This document shows, in pieces, positions 1-12,702 of a DNA stretch of 64,000 nt. The stretch is from positions 6,944,001 through 7,008,000 of the forward strand of contig NC_087262.1 of NCBI RefSeq assembly GCF_037042905.1. Direction: 5' to 3'. Within the stretch, counting starts at the first letter, position 1, and every line of letters begins with the position of its first letter. Both the position numbers and the translations under genes were made by a program. Source of the stretch: Lytechinus pictus. Lineage: Eukaryota. The notes beneath the pieces were generated by a model. That model worked only from the letters and a program-made list of their open reading frames with translations. It did not search any database and was not told the DNA's origin.

Positions 1-647
1 TTTAATAAAGTGCAGCATTTATTGCACTTTCTAGTTTGTTATTGAAACTTCACATTTTTTGAGATTAGGCTTTTGTTATCTTTTATGCTATTTTTTAAGA
101 ACTGATAGTGCTGTTAGACTTAAAACAGTAAACAAATAGCACTATAAATAGATTCCCAATCTTAAAGATACAATTATTAACTCTCTTGCGAAATTTGATG
201 GGATTTTCATGGATTTTGACTGAGTAATACAGGTTTAAACACACTGTAGTGCATCTCGTGAGGTCTAAAAATGCCAAATTCTTTTGAATGCGCAATTCTT
301 AAGAACATCCATTTGAGTGAACTTTGAAGCTCTATAGCAAAAAATCAAGCACATGGACCCATGTTAATTTATGCATATTTCGATTATTCAGGTTCTAAAG
401 TATCTTTATGCAAAGTTTGGTGAAAATGACATGGATTTCACTTTAACTGTGGAACGTCCTTAAAGTAAAATTCCAGAAAAAAACTGAAATGAATAAGACA
501 GCCACAAAGCACAAAAATGTTCTAAAAGAAAACATTTTAACTTTATGGCCTATTCTATGCAGACAGAAAGAGTCATGCGGAAACTCAGAAATTTGAAAAA
601 AAGAAAGAAAAAAAGCGATTGTGACAACTGTCCATTTTCTATATTAA

Positions 648-808
648 TACCATGGTCACATTTGTTCTACGGCGGCCGTACGGCGAGTCGAATACAGCCG
701 TTTTATTAATTTTGATTCAAACCACCTATATGTAGTTTGACAAAAAATGTTAAAATGGCTGTTTTCGACTCGCCGTACGGCCGCCGTAGAACAAATGTGA
801 CCATGGTA
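648..808. mobile_element. Palindromic MITE of about 160 bp (PIF/Harbinger-like), copy 1
   Basis: TIR TACCATGGTCACATTTGTTCTACGGCGGCCGTACGGCGAGTCGAA, TAA/TTA flanks, 3 copies in the window. Confidence 0.9.
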
Positions 809-951
809 TTACCGTTATCTGATACTAATCACAGCTTAGATTTTTGTGCCATTTCATTTTCATGTTATTTTGTGATTATTTCTTGCATTTGCTCAGTTTC
901 AAATGATATTAAAGCGCAATTTGAAATATGTGAGCAGTGCAATTCAGAGAC

Positions 952-1114
952 CCGGGGGGCGTTTCATGAAAGGACTTGTTGGACGTTTTATCCGACAAGT
1001 CCCACTTTATCCGACAGTTACCATAGTAACAGTACCTCTCAGCCAATCAACATCAGAGAAAGATGTCAGATCAGACAACTTGTCGGATGAAAATATTGAT
1101 GAAACCTCCCCTGG
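952..1114. mobile_element. MITE with CCGGGG…CCCCTGG ends and a central X-box-like palindrome
   Basis: Imperfect TIR (GTTTCAT…/…ATGAAAC; ATCCGACAAGT/ACTTGTCGGAT). Degraded relative at about 21119-21230. Confidence 0.75.
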
Positions 1115-1410
1115 TTTTAAGTTTTAACAAAAGGCCTGTAGACTTTATGTGCATTATCACTACAGAGTGTAGTGAACCAGTTTTTTCTTTTATATATATA
1201 GAAGTTAATGAGAGTTGTATGCTCAATAAAAGCTAGTGAAGCAAGAGATGACAATCCTACATGTAAAGCAAAACAGTACAGGCCTATTGTGTATGATGTC
1301 AATTTGATTTCTCAGTGAGCACCCAAACCATTCTATTATTATTGGACAGCATTTTACTGTACAATGTACAGTAGGCATATCAGTGGCCCTACTAACACAA
1401 AACTTAGTTA

Positions 1411-1573
1411 TACCTTGGTCACATTTGCTCTACAGCGGCCGTACGGCGAGTCGAAAACACCCGTTTTATTAGTTTTAATTCAAACCACCTATGTGTAGTT
1501 GGTACAAAAAAAAATTGGAACAGCTGTTTTCGACTCGCCGTACGGCCGCCGTAGAGCAAATGTGACCATGGTA
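1411..1573. mobile_element. Palindromic MITE of about 160 bp, copy 2
   Basis: Same family as 648-808, TTA/TAA flanks. Confidence 0.9.
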
Positions 1574-2257
1574 TAACTGACCTTCAGGATGATTATTGTG
1601 ATTGATTGCTTCATCATTTGTATTGACCAATATGCATGATCCTTTGTGCAAATTAGCTGCATAATCAGTGGATACTTCTCTTGTAAGGTCAACGCTTGAT
1701 GCTGATAGATCCTCGCCAACACATTGACATAACTTGAATCAATGGTGCTTTCACACCCACCCCTATCATGAAAATTAGGCCTACATGTGCTTTGTATATT
1801 TTGCCAATGTGAAAGTGAAGTACTCTACTTATATAACCTCTTCCAAAAGAAATTCCTCTGAAATGCAAGATGTACTTTAAGTTTTGAGTATTTTTGCAGT
1901 GAGTTCTAAAGTCATGAAAAAAAATAAATAGATTTTATAGTATGATGCAATATTAAAGCATGTACATGTAGGCCTATTAAGCATCCTTTGCTACTGTATA
2001 TAAGTTGAAAAAAAGTTTGTATGCTAATATTTGTAGTTGTGAGCATTTTGCCAGGTGCAGGTGTGAATGTATAAAAAATATACCTGAATTTAATAAAGTT
2101 CTCATAATTTACTATAAACTGGGCAGGTGTGAATCTAATCAATCTATCTTGTGGGTTTCCATGGGTCCACAGTATGGGCTTACATGTATTGTTCCCTCAA
2201 TGGCATGGCATGCCATTCACTCAACGGGGACACTTAAATATGTGCATTGTATATTAA

Positions 2258-2772
2258 AGGTCAAGTTCACCCCAGAAAAAAGTTAATTTGAATAAATAGA
2301 GACAAATCAAACATGAATAACGCTGAAAACTTCATCAAAATCGGATATAAAATAAGAAAGTTATGAAATTTTCACGTTTCGCTTATTTTCACAAAACAGT
2401 TCTATGCTCTATTCAGTGATATGCAAATGAGAGAGTCGATGATGTCACTCACTCACTATTTCTTTTGTTTTTTATTGTTTGAATTATACAATATTTCAAT
2501 TTTACGAATTCGACAATTAGGACCCCCTTGCTTGAACCACAAAATGTTAAAATAATGGAATTCCACGTGTTCAGGGAAAATGAAACTTTGTTTCACATGA
2601 CAATGATGGGAAAATCAAAATATTTCATATTTTATATATTTATGTTCAATATTTATGAAAATGTTATATCTTTCTTATTTTACATCCGATTTTGATGAAA
2701 TTTTCAGTGTTATGCTTGTTTGATTTTTCTCTTTCTATTCAAATCAGCTTTTTGTTGGGGTGGACTTGTCCT
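2258..2772. mobile_element. Non-autonomous TTAA-TSD DNA transposon (AG…CT termini, Kolobok-like)
   Basis: TTAA|AGGTCAAGTTCACCCC … GGGGTGGACTTGTCCT|TTAA with long TIRs. Second copy at 36901-37500. Confidence 0.85.
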
Positions 2773-2775
2773 TTA

Positions 2776-3181
2776 AGCTCAGCACTCACTATGCGATCAG
2801 ATGCGACATGATTTTCTAAATTTTTTTTTTTTCATCATAAAAACGTGAAGGTTCCAAGAAGTAAACTTTAATTGAAGTTAGGCATTATGTTAGGAATAAT
2901 AAAATCATAATTTTGCTTTGCAGCAAGCCCTACGGTTGGAGTATAGTCCAAAACGGTTTCAAGTCTCAGTCGACGATGAGGTCATTGCGATTTGAATTTG
3001 CTTTTATTCCTACAGGGAGGCTCTAAATAGACTGAATTTTGATGTCAGTAATATTAAGTCCACCACTATTATGAACTCTGATCGCTAAGATTTTATCAGC
3101 TGGAATGTTTGTCACAAATGTTATTACAATACCGGTATTTGAAAGTCGGATCGCAACAAATCGCATAGCGTGTGCCGGGCT
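2776..3181. mobile_element. Degraded MITE (Harbinger-like)
   Basis: AGCTCAGCACTCACTATGCGAT at left versus ATCGCATAGCGTGTGCCGGGCT at right. Confidence 0.65.
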
Positions 3182-6070
3182 TATTAAGCCAGGCATTACT
3201 ATATTGATTGATTGATTGATTTTATTTCTCATGATAAAAAACAATACAAAATATATACATTCAAAGAATAAAAAGTTAATAATTGAATTACATAGTGAAT
3301 AGGTATATGAATTCGAGATTATAAAACTTATAAGAGAAATATGGGAAAAACCAAAGAGCTACAAGGTGCTTGAAGGGGGTTATTCCCAGTTGAAGAATAT
3401 GATTGCGGAAATCTTTTATATGCATAAATTGATAAAATAACATACAAATAAAGCATAAATAAACTTAACTGTATTTAACTTGCCCAAGAGAAATCCTAAA
3501 CACCCGCCCCCCCTTACATGAACAAAATTTACCTTCCGACTAATATGTAGCTAAAATTTGATTTTTTAATTTCCTTTTGAATGCCGATAAAAATGAGTAT
3601 TGCTTGATCTCACTGGGAAGTGAGTGCCAGACATCGGGACCCCGTTGTCTTATTGATTTTATAGATGTTAACAAAGTTCGCAGATTTATTAAATGGTAAT
3701 TTTCCGAGCCTCATATTGTCATCATGACAAAAATAGGAACGTAACTGATGATGATTATAGGAGCCAGGAAAAGAAAAATAATGGGGTCTCGGGCTAATTT
3801 GCTCCAAAATGCCCCAAAGAGCTATGGGAACTAAAAAGAGGACCCTTCAATTTCCTATAGAGTCCAGTGTAAACCTATACAATGAAGCAAATTCTAGCTG
3901 GTGAGCTGTTGAATATGGCAGAGCTCCCAGAAAGTTTGTAACGATTAATTTTCACCTGATGACTGCAGCAAAGAAGATGAAGATGCTGGTGGTAACATTA
4001 ATGACGATGACATACATGTATACCACAGCAACATCAATAAAGATGATAAAAATGGTAACGATTAACATGCAATATTTTATACACGTATGTAATAACACCT
4101 GTGAACATTTTAATCAAAATAAAATACAACATTGCATGCTTATTTTTTGAATACCGGTATGCAGATACATGTAGAACTGTATTCATTTTGGTGATTCCCC
4201 TTTGAATGTTTACTGAACCCTACATGTAACAATGTAGGTAAAAATACTTGGTGATGATAATATTAATATGGTTAAGATAAAAATGAAAAAAAAAATATTT
4301 GACATAACGCATTTGTCTTTATATCTACTTCGATATGAAGTGAATAAGATTTTACCTTGATGTATCGCATTTTAATGTTAATCCATGATTCATGACCTTC
4401 AAACCCATTAACCTACATGTACATGTAGTAGGGAAAGATTGTAGAGCGGTTTACGTGTCAATATCTTTAGTAAGCTGCCTGGGAGCACTTCCATATGTCG
4501 AAGTTCTAATACCCAATTCGTCACCTGCAATAACATTTCATTGAAATGAAATTACACATAATCAATTTCACTTTGAAGAATGAAGTTGTGCATGTATGCA
4601 TACAGTATCCTCTGCGGCTTTTGTACATTGTAGGCCTACATGTATAGTATGGTATCACAATTATTGAGACAATCTATATACAATGTAGCTTGCTCTCATT
4701 TGAATTATTTTGTTATCTTGGCCCCTGAAGCTTGCGCTTGGAGGCCTACATATTTTGCGTGCAATTGAAAGTACAAGCAGCATACTATACAATATGTGGA
4801 TACTGCTATAAAGTGCATTGCGCAAGGGTGTTTCAGTGAAAGTGTTTTGCTATTAAAGAGGACACTGACAATGCTGCTCTTCAGATCACACAGCATTAAA
4901 AAGATAATTCCCTTGCAAGGTCTGACTGAATCTCAGTGGTTCAATGATTCCGAAAGCAGTTAGTCTTTACAAGCTTGGGCTGTTCAATGCAATATCCATA
5001 CAATCACACAAAAGCAATAGAGTCTGGTCAAGTGGGGAACTCTTGTTTGTCCAGAACCAATAGTGTACATTACTATAGTTATGCAAATACATTTGCTGTG
5101 TCCAAGTAATGTACATGTAAAAGATACACACGTCTGTTGTAAACCATTAAACCACAGAAGTTTATTTCTATTTGTACTGTACCTCCATGGTTCTGTGACA
5201 TTACACTGATAATGTGACTTGAAGCCAATTGCTAATTGCTGTAATAAAATTTCCATGAAAACTGTTTTTTGTTGATGACTTGTACAATCACTCAAACAGG
5301 ACAAAAAGGAGAAAAGAATTATGCATTTTGCAAAATAAAACTTCTATGCAGGGAATAATTTTGCTTTTATACAAATATGAATAGCACTTTTGGTCATAAG
5401 AGAAAAGCTCTCAACTAGTAATTTACAGTCCCACATGTATGTAAAAATATGCTATACAAGAGACTTTATGCGTAGCAGTCTTCCAAAAATGTGGAGCAAA
5501 TTGCGATGCGATACCAGGAAAATTATGTACATAAACTTTTGTAGAGAATGGAACCTGTAGATTATAAAGTTACTGTATTCATTTATGTCACAGACCTAAC
5601 TATTATTCAGTAATAATTTGTTATGTGATTCATAAAATTCTCTGCAACACTGACACCACAATATATCCTGCCTACAATGACAAGAAAATCATACATCTCT
5701 ATGTGCATGTTCAGAAAACTTCAAAATGAATAGTAGAGATTTGTTTAATGCCTCTAGTACCTCTACACTCCATCGACCAATCTACTGTACATGTACATAT
5801 ATTACTACAGTTTAGTTGTCGTACAATGCATGCATGCTGATCTCTAATGACCTCCTTCAGACTATTTATTTTGAGAGATAACCAGAGTTAATGACATTTA
5901 GTATTAACTAGCTTTCAACTAAAAAGTAAGTGTATAACCCTCTTACCAATTGAGCAAAGTCCTCTTCCTTTGTCGATCTGTACATTGGAACAACATGAAA
6001 TATCCTGTTAATGATTTGGAAGCTGAATTATTTTGATGGCAATGCAGGGGAAATTGTGATGGTACAACCC

Positions 6071-6579
6071 TACTATTACTGCTAAAACTTACAATGCTAT
6101 TGCTACTGCTGATGCGACTACTTCCACCACTACTACTACTACTTCTTCTTTGTCGTTGTCATCGTCTTCTTCTTTCTTCTTCTTCGTCATCATCGCTGTC
6201 ATCTTTTCTTCTTCTTCATCCTCCTCCTTCTTTCTTCATCTTCTTTATCTTCTTGTTTTTTTTCTTCTTGCTCTTCTTTTCCTCTTCTTTTTCTTCCTCT
6301 TCCTCCTCTTCCTCTCCCTCTTCCTCTCATTCTTCCTCTTCTCCTCTTTCTCTTCTTGTTTTTCTTCTTCTTGTTCTTCTTTTCCTCCTCTTTTTCTTCC
6401 TCTCCCTTCTCCTCTTCCTTCTCCTCCTCTTTCTCTTCTCCTCTTTCTCTTCTCCCTCTTCCTCTTCTTTATCCTCCTCCTTCTCTCTCTCCTTGTCCTC
6501 CCCCTTCTCCTCGTCCTCCTCCTTTTCCGCCGCCTCCTCCCCCTCTTCAAGTCTTCTTCAGTCTTCTCCTCCTCCCTCT
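6071..6579. repeat. Compound (CTA)n/(CTT)n/(CCT)n low-complexity tract
   Basis: Directly visible. It is the source of the poly-S/L/F pseudo-ORFs. Confidence 0.95.
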
Positions 6580-7429
6580 TAAAAGATTTTTGTTCTACTA
6601 CTTTGTATGATAAAGTGACAATGTACATTGTAAATTTACAGGAAATTTAGCTTGCGATACACCTACACGTAAGGTTTGAGAACATCCCTTCGTCCCTCAC
6701 TCTTGATAGAAAAATAGATATCACGATGCATGTACATGCAATCGCTCTGCATGGAAGATTGCAGAAAGTACAATATGGGCTGCAATGTCAGAACTGACCT
6801 TATTGAATTCATTTTTAGCGAGCGAGAGGCACGACTCGCGGTAATACTGGAAAGTAGATCAATAAAAAGCCGCAGAGAGTACATACAATCTAATGTGGTA
6901 AAAGAATGAGGAGACGGGGAAGGGATGACAGAGCCGAGATGTAATCGGAGAAGGTGCATAATTGTGCAGAAAGCATTGCTGTATTTCCTTTTATGATACA
7001 AATCGTACAACATGAACATGTAGGTCTACATGTATATTCCCAAGCATGAGCAAAGAATTTGCTGCATGTTATTGGCACTAGATGATAAAAATTGTTAAAG
7101 AACATTCAAATACTCCGAAATGAACAAGACAAAGTCTGTAGCAAATGCTTTTTCAAGTCGGGAGCAATGATTTGCAATACAAATTTTTTTTTTTAGTTCT
7201 GACTCTGAGATTGAATTTATCTTTTAAAACAACAGTCCTTCCAACTGTGGAAATGGAATAAATATCTAAGTCGAAAAACAAATGTTATGAAGAGATTTTT
7301 TCTGTCTCTTCCCTCCCCTAATATCTTTAACCCCATTTCTCCCTGCACTCTCCCTCACATACTTTTCAAAAGGTAGACTGATTGTAATAGGAACATTTAT
7401 TCTGTATATCCCATCTCATTCCCTCTTTA

Positions 7430-7828
7430 GGCGGTGCTGCACCAGCCCGATTTCGCTCAATCTCGAGATTTTAGCCCGATCGGCCCTCTTCGCGATTAAT
7501 CTCGAGATTCAAGAAACCCCGTCTCCACCATCGCAAGAAGAGCGATTCCTGCTTGAGCGAGGCATCGAAGCATTATGGTCTGACGCCGTGATTAAATAAT
7601 CCTGAGTGCGTCTGCACCTGCGAATTAGCGGGATAATCGGTAAAATAGCGCTCTATTTTGCAGAAAATCCCAAGTTGACTTGGGATTGCAATCTTGAGAT
7701 TAATCCAGCGAACCAGCGCGATAATTGCATCTCCATTACAAATAATCTCGAGATTATTCAGATCGGGATGATTTGCCGGATCAGAAATAGCGCGCTAATT
7801 TGAAAACTGGGGCTGGTGCAGACACGGC
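7430..7828. mobile_element. GC-rich MITE
   Basis: Ends …CTGCACCAGCCC / GGGCTGGTGCAG…, with repeated internal AATCTCGAGATT palindromes. Confidence 0.75.
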
Positions 7829-8681
7829 ACTGATGTCTCTTCTATCCCACCTCTCTCTCCCATACTCCCTCTAAAGAGCTCCACCTCCTCTTCCTTGTTC
7901 TTGTTCCTTTTCTTTCTCTATTTCTTTACCCCTCTCATCTTTGTCCCTCTCTCTTGCTTCATACTATACTCTGTTCTCATCTCATTCGTCTTTCTCCTTT
8001 TCTCTTCTCCTTTCCAGTCTCTTTCTACCACCCTTCCTCCTCAATTTCTTTCTTTCACACATGTTTGGTGCTTTCAGACCGACTAAAAAACTGATAAAAA
8101 ACAGTGACGCTCATGGTGCTAGCGCAGCAACAGTTCCTTTGGATATACTGTAAATATTTTATATATTTTATACATAAAAACAACTGCAAAAATAGAGATG
8201 TATTTAAAATGAAATTGACAAAGATATCTTAGATTACTACAAGTACATATTTGCATCACCCACTGGAATTCCTAGCTACATCCTGGTGGGGCCTGGTTCC
8301 CTTGTGCTTGCTGCTCTGTTCACCAACAATTTAAGGGGCAAGCCGGTCAGCTCAGAACTGACAGGAGCTCTAGCAAATGAAAGGGCACCAACCCCCATAG
8401 AAGCTAGTTAGACCAGTGAGTGATGACAAAAGAGTGTACTTGTATACAAAACAAATATTATTTCTTAAAAAAAGAAGAAAATCATCAATAATCATAGAAA
8501 ATTTGTCTGGGACTGATTGCATTGACTACAATGTACAATCAATCTTCTAAAAATCAAGCGTACCATTTATCATTTATCTTTGTATTATAAGACCCTGAAC
8601 AAGCTCTCATAATTTTTATTTTACGGGTATTATGGTGATCAGGTTGGTTTGAAAGCGTCTAATGTGCTTCCAGAGTTGTTG

Positions 8682-8963
8682 CCTGGGGCCCCGTTTTTAC
8701 AAAGAGTTACGATTGATCCGATCAATCGCAACTATGGAAATCCAGCAAAGTCAACATGTAAAATGCATGTTTGTTAAAAAAATTCTAGATATGAATGTAC
8801 AGTATATCCATAAATTCATTGATTTCTTGACAATTTGGTGTGTTCTCCTTTGTTTACAATTGACATTTTGCAAATTTCCTGCAGAAAAAATAATGACACT
8901 GATGGATTTCCATAGTTACGATTGATTGGATCAATTGTAACTCTTTGTAAGACGGGGCCCTGG
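8682..8963. mobile_element. MITE with long TIRs and CCWGG ends
   Basis: GGGCCCCGT…TACAAAGAGTTACGATTGATCC…CTATGGAAATCC mirrored at 8904-8960. Confidence 0.9.
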
Positions 8964-9450
8964 AGTGCACATACATGTAGCACTGCACTATTTAATGTTT
9001 TCCCTGAGTGGCTTTGCTTTATCAGATGTACAATGGGTATTAAGGCAATCCTGCTAAATTGAATTTCAATTTGGTAATTTAACTCATTATGCTTTGCAAG
9101 GACACGAGAGGATTGGATAGGAATACTCATGAATTCTAAATAAGAAAAACCAAAATACATGTATGAAAGAAAAATGATGTAATGTATGAGTGTCCTCGAC
9201 TTGCATGGTGTCATAATACAAATATTACATTTATAGTGGAAGGTACGTTCTTTGAGTAAATGTAGACCCCTATTGAAACATCCAATGTGATTACACTCAC
9301 TTGCTGAGAGCTAAAAGGTTGTCGGGCATGCAAGTACCCTACGTCCAACATATTACATTGTAAAATCGGTCTCACACTGCAAGTACATCTGAATTCAATG
9401 TCAATCAATTCACTGTCAGTACTGAATAAAAAAAAAAAATCCCCAAATGT

Positions 9451-9668
9451 CATGATGAAATGAATAATTCATAGTGAGTCAATATCCAAGCAAATTATAA
9501 AAGTTAAACTATATAATTATAAACTACATGTATATAAAATGGAAAATATAATGTAAAACGTACAACACAAACAAAACAAAACAAACAAAAAATCATGGTG
9601 AAATGAATAATTCATAGTCAATATCCAAGCAAATAAACAAAATTATGAACCAATGGAAAATATAATGT
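9451..9668 (+). repeat. Local imperfect tandem duplication
   Basis: CATG(A/G)TGAAATGAATAATTCATAG…TCAATATCCAAGCAAAT…ATGGAAAATATAATGTA at about 9451 and about 9594. Confidence 0.8.
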
Positions 9669-11481
9669 AGTGAATGTACATGTATGATCAGTGTACTTCT
9701 ATGCAGTGTAAAACTGCTCCACCATGCATAAAATAAAGGTAAATATTGATATTGGAGACATGGTTTGGAGCATTGTTTACAGAGGAAATATGATTCTGTG
9801 AATATCTTGTGTAGCTGAATAGAATTGTAATAAGAATGAGTCATTAAAGTACATGTATGTACATAATTTGATAATTAGAGATTTATTGTACTATTATGAT
9901 TAATTATTATCCTAGTAGAATAAAATTATATAAAAAAGAATGTATGTGTAGTGTAAAGTTGTATAATTACACATAAATGTATGTAAAGCAATGTACATGT
10001 ACATGTAGTGCAATTTCAACATGTATCCATAGCATTACATCATATATTGAATTATCTCAGATATTTCTAACTATTCAGATACATGTACTGTAATGGAATT
10101 AAGTTGTTCAATGTACATGTACATCAAAATCAAATGACATACAATTATGCATACAATAGCCATATGTTTTTGTAAATTGTTATTAAAATGTAGAATTTCG
10201 GCTATCAATGTTTTTTTATTTTTATGTTCAATATTGACAGCATTGTGATGTACACATCCATTCACTTCTGAAAATTAGGAACTTTTTTTACTGGTACTGT
10301 AGAAGTGATACATTATGTACATCTTCCTATGAATTTACATGTAAGAATTTTTGTATGCACTTTGTAAAGTCAGCATCTCATTTTGTCCCATATTTCACAA
10401 ATTGGCACACAAGTGTAAAGCTAAGAAAAGTTATTCTGAGACAATCACTTCTATCTGCTGTATTAAAATAATAATATCCTTTCTCAAAATTGAACCCCCC
10501 ATTTTTGCCATAATTGATGAAATGAGAGGCAATATCTAACTTTCTACTCATACATGTATCTTTTACATGTACTGTATATTGAAATTATTTAAGCGCCTTA
10601 TTACTTTGTTTTGTTTTATTTCTAAGAAGGGTATTATTAGTCAGACGACAAGATTTTAATTTTACTTGTAGTAATTGATTTCTAAGGTGTTTCTTGTGAT
10701 AATCCCAGATGTTTTTTTTTTCACTGAAATTTAGCCAAATAATAAAGTCTGGTTTCCAGCTGTTGTATGATAAAGCATGTACGTGCATATGTACATTGTA
10801 TTTTACCTCTTCTATATAAAGAAAACACAGATATACATGTATGTAGGAACAATATATGAAAGAATGAATATAAAATAGTAGATGAAAATTAATTTATGAA
10901 TATTTTTTTTAATCCATTTTTACTGCACTCAAGCCAGGTGATATGGCTGCAATTAATTCCCTGAAATGCTTGTGCACTGTAAAAATGCTTTCTAAGCCAG
11001 GGGTAATATCGGGGAAAAAAAAAACGTTTGGAGGCGCATATACATGTACATGCATGATACTATAAAATGAAATGAATAATCAAATATATGAATAAATGAA
11101 TGTATAAAATAATAACTCAATTCTATTCAAATGATTAAGTGAATTAAAATGGATAAATGAACTCTATAAATGAACAACTGATAGGTAATGAAAAGATAGA
11201 TAGAGGAATGAAATTAATATTAATTAAATAGTAAACAAAAGAAACAAATAAATGATAACTCATAACTTTAGTTTTTTCGCAACTGTTTGAAGGCATTTCT
11301 ATTATTTGTTTATTATTGTCTGCTTTGGTACAATCATTGAGGTGACATCAAAGCCAAAGTGCTGTAAATAAATCCAGAAAACAATACACCTGCATCTTGC
11401 CTAGATACACAAAGTTATCCCCAGCACCGAGCAAATTAAAAACCATATGCACATACTCCCAACCAAACCAACCCTTGGCTA

Positions 11482-11706
11482 CACTGTTAATTTTTTTTTA
11501 AGCAATGCTGTTTTCTATGTAAATCACACAGTATTGTTTAAACAAGTGTTTAAAATCTTTAACAACAAAGTGTAATTTATAATCTCAATAAATCAAGCAT
11601 GAAACCTGTAAACAACTCCTGTGCGATTCATATATAAACAGCATTGTTTAAAAAATGTAAACGGTGTTTTACTATGTAATGATTCATCGCATGCTGGTGC
11701 ACAGTG
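11482..11706. mobile_element. CACTG-terminal MITE, degraded relative of 26139-26375
   Basis: Shares TTGTTTAAACAAGTG, TGTGCGATTCA and TGTTTACTATGT blocks with 26139-26375. Confidence 0.6.
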
Positions 11707-12640
11707 TGTACATGTACTTACTGATTATTTTTGAAAAATTTGGAATGATAATAGTACACTAAAATATTGTTGATGTTTGTTTTGTTTTTAGTCATTATGT
11801 GTTTACTATACACACAAAACATTGTCAATTGTAATAATGCCAAGTATACAGATGTGCTCAAAAGTAAAAGTGAACTCCACAAGAAAGAGCACTCCATGCT
11901 GAGTGTTAAAGTATCCAGCAACATTAAAATGTTCAGCAAGTCCAGAGAACAAACTTTATTGAATTTAGTATTTTGTAACTTGACTTCTCAAATCACAACA
12001 TCTCAAACATGGCAGAACTTGAACACTTTAAATTTGTTCATTTTCTGGTGGGGATCACTAATCACTATCTTTGAGCACCCATTGTGAAAATATAAACAAT
12101 GTACAATGAAATTGTATTTGTTGATTGATGTTTAAAATAACTGTACATGTACATGTAGGGCTATAATGTTCAGTTTTATAGGCTTATAAATATGTTGATT
12201 TTTTTTCTCAATTTGTGAACAAATCTCATGTTTGAATTTTGTTTTCCACATTTTAGATAATATTTTTGAATCTAAACTCAGTAAAATGTACATGTAATGG
12301 TTACAAATATGTATTGTATTTTTTTATTATTATTGGATTTCGGTTCAGTGAAATGTAAAGACCAATAAATACCTCTTACTTTGTGCAAGTTCATAGAAAT
12401 TCTTATATTTTGCTCAAGCTGTACTCATTATCAATGATAGTTCATTAATATCTTATGACATTTGTGTGTATTGAATATAATCCGTTGATTTTGAGTTGAC
12501 AATATTAAAGTCCTTGCCAATATAAATATGTATCGTGCATGGTTATTCGATCATCATACCACATATTTACATCAATTATGATTTCAATGTTGCTAAACCT
12601 GATTTATTTTTATCCCCTTCTTCCCCCTTAATTACATCAG

Positions 12641-12702
12641 CTGGTCGTTCATTTTACCCTTAGTATGGGTTCCCTTATCTGCTATATACTTGACACAACC
12701 AA
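12641..12702 (+). CDS. KCNMA1: BK channel (Slo1/KCNMA1-like) internal exon encoding S1, variant A (LVVHFTLSMGSLICYILDTT+AA)
   Basis: Polypyrimidine tract and CAG acceptor (…ccccttcttcccccttaattacatcag|), 62 nt, GTAAGT donor at 12703. Phase 0 in, phase 2 out. Aligns without gaps to the recalled vertebrate Slo1 S1 [21 protein letters not shown], also a 62-nt exon. Splices in frame to 59429 (AA+A = K, then PIERC). Confidence 0.88.

Noticed and set aside
6094-6650. Long ORFs of 84-166 aa
   Set aside because: Translations of simple trinucleotide and polypyrimidine repeats.
8078-8153. Strong acceptor followed by a short open frame (PTKKLIKNSDAHG…)
   Set aside because: Poor donor, a stop in the phase-0 frame needed before S1, and no recognisable homology.
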